Positions 29,006 to 37,131 of a stretch of 64,000 nt of DNA are shown here, in pieces (the first letter of the stretch is position 1; the number at the start of each line of letters is the position of its first letter). The stretch comes from Candidatus Magasanikiibacteriota bacterium (GTDB taxonomy: Bacteria > Patescibacteriota > Patescibacteriia > Magasanikbacterales > UBA922). The position numbers and the translations under genes were made by a program. Location of the stretch: the NCBI GenBank assembly GCA_018652595.1, contig JABIBU010000016.1:26911-90910 (forward strand). Direction: 5' to 3'. The notes beneath the pieces were generated by a model. The model searched no databases. It saw only the letters and a list, made by a program, of their open reading frames with translations, and was not told where the DNA came from.

Positions 29006-29998
29006 TTAAAACCAAAACCTTAATCCACTCCAGTCAACTTTTCTCAACTCCTTAATCTTCAATCTTTCGGTCTTCAGTCTTTTTCTGTTCTTCCAAACTT
29101 CTCCCAAACCCTTCAAAACACTTCTATCAAATAATAAAAACCAGGCAAACTTCTTTAATTCATACCATAAAATCCAAGGCAAGTCAAGCAAAAAGTTTTG
29201 CCAGTATTCATTTTTATAGAGTGCGGTCAGCTGATTTTTGTAACTGTGATACTTGACCCAATCGGATTGTTTTTTCTTATTCTTTGACGCAGACCGATCA
29301 CTTTTCTTTTCTAAACCTTCTGCAGATCTATCATGATAAGCAACTGAATCTAACAAAACAAATGCCTTGTGACCAGCACTACGCAATCTAAAAGCCAAGT
29401 CTACATCTTCTTTATAACTACCAAAACTCTCGTCAAACAAATCCACTCTATCAATTACTGATTTTCGAAACATTGGCAGAGCACCAGAAACACCAAATAC
29501 CTCACACACTTGGGCGCTTTTTTCATTCCATTCTTCACCAGTAGCAATTTCAGTTACTCGCCTGCTACGAGAAACTCTTAATCCTAATGTGTCTATTTTA
29601 TTAGTAAATTCTTTATTAACAAAATCCCACCTCATAAGACGAGGGCTGACAACCGCTATGTCTGTATTCTGGTCCGTAAACTTTGCCAACTTCTCCAAAC
29701 AATCCGGTTTCAAATACACATCCTGATTTAGCAACAAAAAATATTCTGAACTATTTTTCTTATTAAGTTCATTGTGTCCTTTTGCAAAGCCTAAATTTTC
29801 TTTACCTTTTGTAAAATTTATATCAACAGGAAAACTTTTAATTTCTTTTTCAATTTTTTCTACAGTTTTATCTGTTGAACCGTTATCTAAAATCTTTAGT
29901 TCCCAATCAGCGAAACTTTGCTTTCTAAGAGATTCAAAAAGAAAAGGAATATACTTTTCTCCGTTCCAGGTTACAAGATGTACTGACATTTTTTTCAT
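29006..29998 (-). CDS. glycosyltransferase family 2
   Basis: SVHLVTWNGEKYI…ILDNGSTD GT-A signature. Confidence 0.7.
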   Translation of the reverse strand: MKKMSVHLVTWNGEKYIPFLFESLRKQSFADWELKILDNGSTDKTVEKIEKEIKSFPVDINFTKGKENLGFAKGHNELNKKNSSEYFLLLNQDVYLKPDCLEKLAKFTDQNTDIAVVSPRLMRWDFVNKEFTNKIDTLGLRVSRSRRVTEIATGEEWNEKSAQVCEVFGVSGALPMFRKSVIDRVDLFDESFGSYKEDVDLAFRLRSAGHKAFVLLDSVAYHDRSAEGLEKKSDRSASKNKKKQSDWVKYHSYKNQLTALYKNEYWQNFLLDLPWILWYELKKFAWFLLFDRSVLKGLGEVWKNRKRLKTERLKIKELRKVDWSGLRFWF

Positions 29999-30004
29999 AA
30001 CATT

Positions 30005-30856
30005 CTATTTTTTAAACAAATCATTCACCCAAGCCAAACCAACACCAAAAGGTCGCAGTATCGCAATCCAAATCCATTTATACATCGGTTCCCATTTTTT
30101 GAAATAGGTCAGCATAGATCGAGTGAATTGTTTTTGTTTCCACAATGTTTTTCTTTTTTTGAAACTCTGTCCGACATAGTCTATCGCAGATATCACTGGT
30201 GTATACATGACTTTATAATTCAAACGTTTTGCTTCACGACATATGTCGACATCCTCATACCAAATAAAATATCTTGGATCAAATGCCCATCCAAGCTTGT
30301 CGACAAATTCACGACGCATGAGCATGAATGATCCACGCACACTATCCACCTCTTGTTCTTTTTCAATATCTAAATCTTTCATGTGATATGAATTCAAGGT
30401 ATTTGGAAATATATGTGGAATCTTCAAAATAAGTGCGAGCTGCTCCCAGAGTTTTGGGAATCGACGAGGTGAGGCATCCCAATTGAATTTTCCATATTGA
30501 TCCAAAAGTTTTGGACATACTATTCCCACATCCTTATTTTTTTTCATCCAATCTAAAATACCATCTAAACTTCCTTCTTCAACCATCATATCTCCATTGA
30601 GAAATAACAAAAATTCACCTTGTGCAATTTTCAATCCTTGATTATTTCCCGCACCAAATCCTATGTTTTCTTTATTTTCTATCAATTTCACATGTGGAAA
30701 TTGATTCTTCACAATCTCAATGGTCTGATCACTCGATCCACTATCTACGATGATCTCCTCACACGTCACATCTTTGCATCCAGCAAAAACAGACGCGATC
30801 TGACGCGCAATTTCTTTTTCATTATTCCAAGTGACAGTGATTATACTTAGATCCAT
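30005..30856 (-). CDS. glycosyltransferase family 2
   Basis: LSIITVTWNNEKEI…IVDSGSSD GT-A signature. Start taken at M21 of the ORF (MDLSIITV); the longer ORF would overlap the GxxExxY gene. Confidence 0.7.
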   Translation of the reverse strand: MDLSIITVTWNNEKEIARQIASVFAGCKDVTCEEIIVDSGSSDQTIEIVKNQFPHVKLIENKENIGFGAGNNQGLKIAQGEFLLFLNGDMMVEEGSLDGILDWMKKNKDVGIVCPKLLDQYGKFNWDASPRRFPKLWEQLALILKIPHIFPNTLNSYHMKDLDIEKEQEVDSVRGSFMLMRREFVDKLGWAFDPRYFIWYEDVDICREAKRLNYKVMYTPVISAIDYVGQSFKKRKTLWKQKQFTRSMLTYFKKWEPMYKWIWIAILRPFGVGLAWVNDLFKK

Positions 30857-31309
30857 ACACTGATTACGTTGATTAATTTGGATTACACTGATTTTTATAA
30901 GTCTTGTAATTTCCAAAACGTTTTACTTCTAGACTGGGATTACCAAAATTTATAAGCAAACCAACTTCCAGACCACTAGCTTTTAAATAAGAAACTGTCT
31001 GGGTTTTAAATATTTTCGATACTTCCCCACTTACAGCTTTCAATTCAACAACAACCTTACTGTTTACCAACAAATCAACCCTAAAAACTCCTATTATTTT
31101 ATTGTTATATACTACATCAAACTTTTTTTCTGTTTCGACAGCATATTCTTGTTCAGTTAAATCATCTAACAATGCTGTATGATAAATTTGTTCCTTAAAA
31201 CCTGGGCCCAACCCCCTATGAATCTTCATTGCAATACCAATTATTTCACGTGTTAGTTTGCTCCCTTTTTACATATTCAGTGTAATCTATTATAATCTGT
31301 CAATCAGTG
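30857..31309 (-). mobile_element. inverted-repeat-flanked mini-cassette carrying the GxxExxY gene
   Basis: cactgatt-N16-attacactg (30857-30889) versus cagtgtaat-N14-caatcagtg (31278-31309). Terminal 8-9 nt are perfect reverse complements and the interior is AT-rich and similar. The right IR overlaps the stop of the PGI/PMI gene; the left IR encodes the last 7 codons. Confidence 0.5.
30873..31229 (-). CDS. GxxExxY family protein (PD-(D/E)xK-like), N-terminally short
   Basis: LGPGFKEQIYHTAL (GxxExxY), VDLLVN…VELKAV, LLINFG motifs. The conserved N-terminal segment (…TREIIGIA) is encoded in frame upstream of the ATG after a TAA, with no canonical start. Confidence 0.7.
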   Translation of the reverse strand: MKIHRGLGPGFKEQIYHTALLDDLTEQEYAVETEKKFDVVYNNKIIGVFRVDLLVNSKVVVELKAVSGEVSKIFKTQTVSYLKASGLEVGLLINFGNPSLEVKRFGNYKTYKNQCNPN

Positions 31310-32368
31310 TTTCATTTCTTTCTTAAAAAAATCTACATAAGGAATATCTGTTGGATCAATATTTTTTAGCAGTGCGCTGTAATAGCTAATATAACTTCCC
31401 AAAACTAAAGCTTCACAAGCCTGAAGTAATGCATCTTTTTCTTTCATATTATAAATTTCGTTTTGAATTCCATTTTTGTTTAGAACTTTTTTGGTCACAT
31501 CATAGCGCTTGCCGACCCTCTTGTGATACAAATCTGATTTTAACATTATAAATAACAAACTGCGCTTATTGCTAGCTGGATTCATCATCCCTTCCATTAG
31601 ATGATGATTGAGCTCTGGAATTGCAAAATATGCTGCCATACGCTTGGCATTCTCATTCATTTGGTTTGCCGCTATATGAGCATTGCCGAGTAAATGCTCT
31701 GACGCAACATACAGAATACTCTTGCTAATTGTTTTTCTGGCTAATTGCTTTGCAATATTTTCCTTTTCTGGAGTAAGTACACCAAAAAGACCATCATAGT
31801 ACGCAAGTGTCTTAATTACCTCTTTTACTTTTTTCTGAGAAAGTTTTAGTAATCCAACTCTAGAAAATAAAATCAACTGACCCATAATTGAATAGCCCAA
31901 ACCCATACGAGGTGAACCACAAGGATTATTCTCTGTGGTAAAAATTAAGGCAGGCAAATTATTTCTCTTAGCAAAAGCCTTTAACTTTCCACCTGCAGAA
32001 ATAACAACAATCTTGGCTTTTTTTATTTTTGCTTTTTTGACAGCTTCGACAACCTCTTCTGTTCCACCGGAATAGCTAGAAGCAATTACCAGAGTCTTAC
32101 TATTAGCAAATTTTGGAACATCATATCCATTTATAATGTCAACTGGCAACTTTAATTCACTAGAAAATAAATTTCTAATCAAATCTGCGCCTATAGCAGA
32201 CCCACCCATTCCCAAAACTACTACGTTTTGAATATTTTTATAATTTGTAGGAATTTTCAAATCCTGAGCAGTATTATAAATTTGCTCTACTTGTTTTGAA
32301 AGTAATTGCAAACTTCCAAGCATATTTTGTGAATCTAGTTTTTTTATTTTTGTTATATTGTCTAGCAT
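31304..32368 (-). CDS. bifunctional phosphoglucose/phosphomannose isomerase (SIS domain)
   Basis: SIS-domain VLGMGGSAIGADL and a second SIS half. Archaeal-type PGI/PMI architecture. Confidence 0.7.
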   Translation of the reverse strand: MLDNITKIKKLDSQNMLGSLQLLSKQVEQIYNTAQDLKIPTNYKNIQNVVVLGMGGSAIGADLIRNLFSSELKLPVDIINGYDVPKFANSKTLVIASSYSGGTEEVVEAVKKAKIKKAKIVVISAGGKLKAFAKRNNLPALIFTTENNPCGSPRMGLGYSIMGQLILFSRVGLLKLSQKKVKEVIKTLAYYDGLFGVLTPEKENIAKQLARKTISKSILYVASEHLLGNAHIAANQMNENAKRMAAYFAIPELNHHLMEGMMNPASNKRSLLFIMLKSDLYHKRVGKRYDVTKKVLNKNGIQNEIYNMKEKDALLQACEALVLGSYISYYSALLKNIDPTDIPYVDFFKKEMKH

Positions 32369-32386
32369 AATTTTTTAATTAGTCTA

Positions 32387-33607
32387 TTAAAATTGTTTTG
32401 TTAGTGGTATTATTTTTACTTGATCATCACCCGCATCAAGAATTTCTTTAACCGTCTTAAAATAAGCTGCTGCGTTAATTGGATAACCACCATAACCATA
32501 CTCGCACATACCCAAACCCTCTTTAGAGCACCCAGAGATCGCGTTAACTCCATTATCATGTAAAAAAGAAGGCCATCCACCTGGATACTTTTTTCCGACT
32601 TCGTCCACAAAAATTCTTTTTTCTTTTCCAGTTTCTTTGTCCTTAACTTTTTTACTCCCAACATCCCATTTTTTTGGTTTTTCCTCTATTTTACCAGACT
32701 TAAAAAGTTTTTCTTGATATTTATACAATCTATGAGCAACTGACGTCCTAAAATTCCCTGGACCAGTATTATATGCCATCGCAGCCAACCCATAATTACC
32801 AGTATATTTTTTATTCAAATAAGCCATATAACCAATACCAACTCTAATATTATCTTCCAAATCATCTATATCTATCTCATCCCATTTTTCACCATTAAAT
32901 TTAACTCTGGCTAACTGGTCAGCTGCATCTTGTTTGATTTGAAAAATACCATGTGCATTTTTATGAGAAACCATATTATTATCACCACCCGACTCGACAC
33001 CTATAATACCCAAAGCAACCGAAATTGGAACACCATATAGCTGACAATATTTTTCTACATATTTTTTTACCTGCTCTCTATATTCTTTATCTTCAATCAA
33101 ATGCTTAAAATATTTTTCCATATAATGAGTTGTTGAATCAACCCCATTAGCAGGTTTGGAAAACATTTTATGTGAATAAGACTCTACAACCTTTGGGACC
33201 ACTCGTTTGGTCTCAGATTTCATATTGAACCCCACCAAGCGCTCACCATCAGCACTATCTTGTATCTCTTGTATTAGATAATTTTCATTTTTATCTTCTG
33301 CAGCTTCTTTTTGTTCAGCTTTTTTTAACTCTACTTCTTTTGGTAAATTCTCTTTTATCAAATCACTTCCCGTTTCTTTCGAATCGTCAACTGAATCAGA
33401 ATCAGTTGACCCTCCTGTTCCATCCTCAGGTACAAAAAAAACATCATCCTCTGGATCAATTGTTTCTTCTCCTTTATAAATTTCAACTTTTGCAGAATCT
33501 TGTTTTAAGTCTTCTACGCCTTTGGCACTAGTCTCCTCGCTAGCACAACCAGCACTAGCCAAAAAAGTACCTAAAACTGCTTCTTTTAGGCCAAATCTTT
33601 TTTTCAT
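32387..33607 (-). CDS. lytic transglycosylase (SLT domain) lipoprotein
   Basis: Lipobox LASAGC. SLT motifs ES…, HGIFQI (GLMQ-like), AYNTGPGN. Acidic low-complexity linker. Confidence 0.7.
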   Translation of the reverse strand: MKKRFGLKEAVLGTFLASAGCASEETSAKGVEDLKQDSAKVEIYKGEETIDPEDDVFFVPEDGTGGSTDSDSVDDSKETGSDLIKENLPKEVELKKAEQKEAAEDKNENYLIQEIQDSADGERLVGFNMKSETKRVVPKVVESYSHKMFSKPANGVDSTTHYMEKYFKHLIEDKEYREQVKKYVEKYCQLYGVPISVALGIIGVESGGDNNMVSHKNAHGIFQIKQDAADQLARVKFNGEKWDEIDIDDLEDNIRVGIGYMAYLNKKYTGNYGLAAMAYNTGPGNFRTSVAHRLYKYQEKLFKSGKIEEKPKKWDVGSKKVKDKETGKEKRIFVDEVGKKYPGGWPSFLHDNGVNAISGCSKEGLGMCEYGYGGYPINAAAYFKTVKEILDAGDDQVKIIPLTKQF

Positions 33608-33712
33608 AATTTTACTTTACTAACAGTACTATATTACCAAAAATAGCTTATTTTGTAAATAAAAACCCATAACCTGGTTATGGGTTTTAGTTTTTGGGTT
33701 TTATGTGGTGCA

Positions 33713-34582
33713 CTAACAGACCAAAACATCATCACTACTTTCACCAGCCTTCTTCGCCTCAGCATACTTACTCATAGTATCTCGCATGGCATCATGTACT
33801 TCGCGCATTTTTATACCGACTTTTTCCAAATTTTCTGATGCTAAAAAGTTATTTGATCTATGTTTTTTGGCCAACCCCTGATCAACTAGATCATCCTCTG
33901 TTATCCACTCGCAAGTAAAATCTGGATCAACTAGTTCTTGGTACAAATCTATAATCTCTCTATGCTTCAAAGTTCCTGGATTGGTCACATGAAAAATTCC
34001 TTCAGATTTTTTCTCCATTAACTGATAAAAGACCTCTACCATATCGTCAATAATTGTCACACTATTTTCCACATCTATAACCTTTGGAAAAGATGACAGC
34101 TTGTCTATCATGTTACTTGGTGATGGAATATAGTCAATTGGCATTCTTATTCTTCCTATTCCAATATTTGGCATTGTTTGTAGAGCAAGATCAGCTGCGT
34201 ATTTTGCTTTGGAATAGACTGCTTTTGGATTGGCAAAATCATTCTCACGCCATTTTTTATCTTCATGTGATGAATCACCATAAAAAACACAGCCAGATCC
34301 AATATGAAGTAGATAGATGTTCCTTTCCTGACAGGCTTGGGCAATCATAATTGGTAAAACCGTATTACCAAGAATTGTTTCCATCTGATGATCCTCACAC
34401 CAATCTACATTTGGTTTACCACGAACCCCAGCGGCATTTAGAACTGCATCGGGATTGTGCTCATCCAGCAATTCCAAAACATCTTGTTTTGTCTCAACAC
34501 GTTTTTCTGCCAAGACTGAATCCTGCCATGCTTTGTGACAGCGTTCACCAATATATCCTTTACCTATTATTAATATTTTCAT
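33713..34582 (-). CDS. NAD-dependent epimerase/reductase, dTDP-4-dehydrorhamnose reductase (RmlD)-like
   Basis: Short Rossmann N-terminus and YSKAK catalytic motif. 4-nt overlap with the upstream rmlB. Confidence 0.6.
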   Translation of the reverse strand: MKILIIGKGYIGERCHKAWQDSVLAEKRVETKQDVLELLDEHNPDAVLNAAGVRGKPNVDWCEDHQMETILGNTVLPIMIAQACQERNIYLLHIGSGCVFYGDSSHEDKKWRENDFANPKAVYSKAKYAADLALQTMPNIGIGRIRMPIDYIPSPSNMIDKLSSFPKVIDVENSVTIIDDMVEVFYQLMEKKSEGIFHVTNPGTLKHREIIDLYQELVDPDFTCEWITEDDLVDQGLAKKHRSNNFLASENLEKVGIKMREVHDAMRDTMSKYAEAKKAGESSDDVLVC

Positions 34583-35580
34583 ATATTATATTGCCTCTTA
34601 TAGTATTCCTTATATTCCCCACTCTTACAATTCTTTACCCATTCATAATTATCCTTATACCATTTTACCATTTCTTTTAGTCCGTCTTCAAAGCTAATTT
34701 CTGGCTCCCAACCCAATTCATTTTTAATCTTACTAAAATCAATTGCATACCTTTTATCATGCCCGGCTCTATCCTCAACATGCTCTATCATCTCCTCGCC
34801 CCTGCCAACGGCTTGTAAAATTTTGAAAGTTAAATCTTTGTTAGTCAATTCATTATTTCCTCCAAGACAGTATGTCTCACCAATTTTTCCTTTGTGAATT
34901 ATGAGATCTACTCCACGATTGTGATCATCTACATGGATCCAATCACGAATGTTCATTCCATCACCATACAAAGGTACTTTTTTATTTTCAAATAAGTTGG
35001 TAATAAAAAGTGGAATAACTTTTTCTGGAAACATACAAGGTCCATAATTGTTTGAGCAATTGGAGATAGTTATTGGAAGATTGTGTGTATGATAGTATGC
35101 ACGGACCAAATGATCTGATGCGGCTTTGGAAGCTGAATATGGGCTACGCGGATCATAAGGAGTCTCTTCATTGAATCCAGGATCATCTGGTCCAAGCGAA
35201 CCAAAAACTTCATCAGTAGAAACATGGTGAAAACGAGTTCCAAATTCTTTTGCTGAGTCCAACAATACTTGTGTGCCAATCACATTAGTCACCACGAAGG
35301 CTTGTGAATCTAAAATTGATCTATCTACATGCGACTCAGCGGCAAAGTGAACTATAATATCTACATCCTTTACCAAATTATTTACTAAATCACGATCACA
35401 AATATCACCTTTTACAAATTTATAATTTGGATTATCTTCAAAATCTTTTAGATTTTCCAAATTTCCTGCGTATGTCAAAGCGTCCAGATTAGTAATTTTA
35501 TAATCTGGATATTTGTTTATTATATAGCGAATAAAGTTGGAGCCGATGAACCCAGCACCACCTGTTATGAGTAAGCGCAT
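34579..35580 (-). CDS. rmlB: dTDP-glucose 4,6-dehydratase
   Basis: ITGGAGFIGSNF Rossmann motif, YSASK catalytic triad region, typical RmlB length. Confidence 0.9.
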   Translation of the reverse strand: MRLLITGGAGFIGSNFIRYIINKYPDYKITNLDALTYAGNLENLKDFEDNPNYKFVKGDICDRDLVNNLVKDVDIIVHFAAESHVDRSILDSQAFVVTNVIGTQVLLDSAKEFGTRFHHVSTDEVFGSLGPDDPGFNEETPYDPRSPYSASKAASDHLVRAYYHTHNLPITISNCSNNYGPCMFPEKVIPLFITNLFENKKVPLYGDGMNIRDWIHVDDHNRGVDLIIHKGKIGETYCLGGNNELTNKDLTFKILQAVGRGEEMIEHVEDRAGHDKRYAIDFSKIKNELGWEPEISFEDGLKEMVKWYKDNYEWVKNCKSGEYKEYYKRQYNI

Positions 35581-35628
35581 AAAATTTTATTTAATATTTT
35601 TTTATAAACCACGACAGGTGGTGCTGGG
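35551..35628 (-). promoter_or_regulatory. 15-bp perfect inverted repeat bracketing the rmlB ribosome-binding site and start codon
   Basis: cccagcaccacctgt (35551-35565, codons 6-10 of rmlB) and acaggtggtgctggg (35614-35628, 5' UTR) are perfect reverse complements separated by 48 nt that contain the SD and ATG (35580). Confidence 0.45.
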
Positions 35629-35670
35629 TGAATCCTGCCCCGCCGGTAACTAGTAAATGCATAATAGTTT

Positions 35671-36108
35671 ATCCTGAGCGTAGCGAAGGATCTCTCCTAC
35701 CTCAGATTTTATTTAATAATTAAAATAATGGTCTAATTTTTGACATTGTAACCACATTGTCGTATAAATCATTCCAATCTTTATTGTTCTTTTCAATAAG
35801 TTCTATTTTTCTTTTTCTAAGCCACCCCTTCAATTCTCTTTCTCTATTCATTGCTTCATGTTTAAAATGAAAATGTTCCCAATATATCAATCTATTAACT
35901 TTGTATTTCTTTGTGAAAGCATTATCAAATGTGCCTTTTTTATGTTGGTTAATTCTTTTTACTAGACAATTTGTAAAACCAATATAAATTACTTTGCTTA
36001 TGCTAGCAGTCACGTATACATAATAATTTTTCCTCCTAGGTATCATATTAAAATGTAAGTATTTATTCTTCGAAAGATCCTTCCTCGGTCTTGAGACCTC
36101 CTCAGGAT
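35671..36108 (-). mobile_element. inverted-repeat-flanked mini-cassette carrying the GIY-YIG nuclease gene
   Basis: atcctgagcgtagcgaaggatct (35671-35693) versus agatccttc-N17-ctcaggat (36075-36108). Termini agatccttc / ctcaggat are perfect reverse complements. The right IR overlaps the NUDIX stop codon. Confidence 0.5.
35720..36046 (-). CDS. GIY-YIG nuclease family protein (small, homing-endonuclease-like)
   Basis: YYVYV…IYIGFT…R…H…G…E GIY-YIG catalytic motifs in a protein of about 100 aa. Start taken at the internal M (MIPRRKNYYVY); the longer ORF overlaps the NUDIX gene. Confidence 0.7.
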   Translation of the reverse strand: MIPRRKNYYVYVTASISKVIYIGFTNCLVKRINQHKKGTFDNAFTKKYKVNRLIYWEHFHFKHEAMNRERELKGWLRKRKIELIEKNNKDWNDLYDNVVTMSKIRPLF

Positions 36109-36653
36109 TGTGAGTCCTTATGTAAAAAATTATGATGCACCATGGCCCAAGCTGCCAAAGTCTGCCCATCCCAAATTTCATTCTTTCTAATCATCGTATC
36201 AATCTCATCTGGCCTACGATACATTACTTCTATCTCCTCTGTGTCATCTAGCTGCTGTGCCTCTTGTTCTGTCACATAAGCCAAAAATACATGACACATA
36301 TCCTTTACCAATCCATTCAATCCTTCAAATTCACCTATCTTGATATATTCGTCTGCAACATAACCAGTCTCTTCCAAAAGCTCTCGCTTGGCCGCATCTA
36401 ACACACCCTGACCTTCAAATATTCCACCGCAAGGAAATTCTATGCTTTGTTTTTCGCGCAGATAACGCTGCTGCAAAACAAGAACAATCCTACCGTCATC
36501 CAACACAGGCACAACCATGGCATTGCCAGGTGTCTCACCATAATAGTAATCCCCTTCTTCACCATTAGGCTTTTCGTATTTATCATGTTTATAAATCCAC
36601 CAAGGATTCTTATGAATTGTTTCCTCAGATATTTTTTTTAAATGTTTTGGCAT
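36102..36653 (-). CDS. NUDIX hydrolase
   Basis: Nudix box GGIFEGQGVLDAAKRELLEETGY. Start at M29 avoids overlap with the HIT gene. Confidence 0.75.
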   Translation of the reverse strand: MPKHLKKISEETIHKNPWWIYKHDKYEKPNGEEGDYYYGETPGNAMVVPVLDDGRIVLVLQQRYLREKQSIEFPCGGIFEGQGVLDAAKRELLEETGYVADEYIKIGEFEGLNGLVKDMCHVFLAYVTEQEAQQLDDTEEIEVMYRRPDEIDTMIRKNEIWDGQTLAAWAMVHHNFLHKDSQS

Positions 36654-36678
36654 GTTTTTAAATAGTTTAAATTTTTGG

Positions 36679-37095
36679 TTATAGTGAACTAGCTGCAAAT
36701 AACTTACCCAATTCTTCGACAGTTTTTTCTCCAGCACTGTTAATTATTGAATGCATGCTCCCCCCACCATCACCCTCATAACGAGGCATAATGTGAATAT
36801 GTAGATGAGGGACAACTTGCCCAGCCACAAGACCTTGATTCCAGCCCACATTATAACCATCTGGACTTAAGACTTTATCGATTTTCTCCATAGTTCTTTT
36901 TATCCCAATTGACAAGTGCCCTAACAGATCCTCATTCAAATCAAAATAATTTTCTGCATGAACTTTTGGAATTACGACTGTATGACCCTTTGCATGTGGA
37001 TGAATATCAAGAAATGCCAAAACTTTTTCATCCTCATAGACAGTGTAATTTGGAATTTCACCATTTGTTATTTTACAAAAAATACAGTCAATCAT
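36679..37095 (-). CDS. HIT-family (histidine triad) nucleotide hydrolase
   Basis: HLHIHI histidine triad and N-terminal CIFC zinc-binding motif. Confidence 0.85.
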   Translation of the reverse strand: MIDCIFCKITNGEIPNYTVYEDEKVLAFLDIHPHAKGHTVVIPKVHAENYFDLNEDLLGHLSIGIKRTMEKIDKVLSPDGYNVGWNQGLVAGQVVPHLHIHIMPRYEGDGGGSMHSIINSAGEKTVEELGKLFAASSL

Positions 37096-37131
37096 ATAGT
37101 TTATATTTTAATATATATTAAACATCTTACC

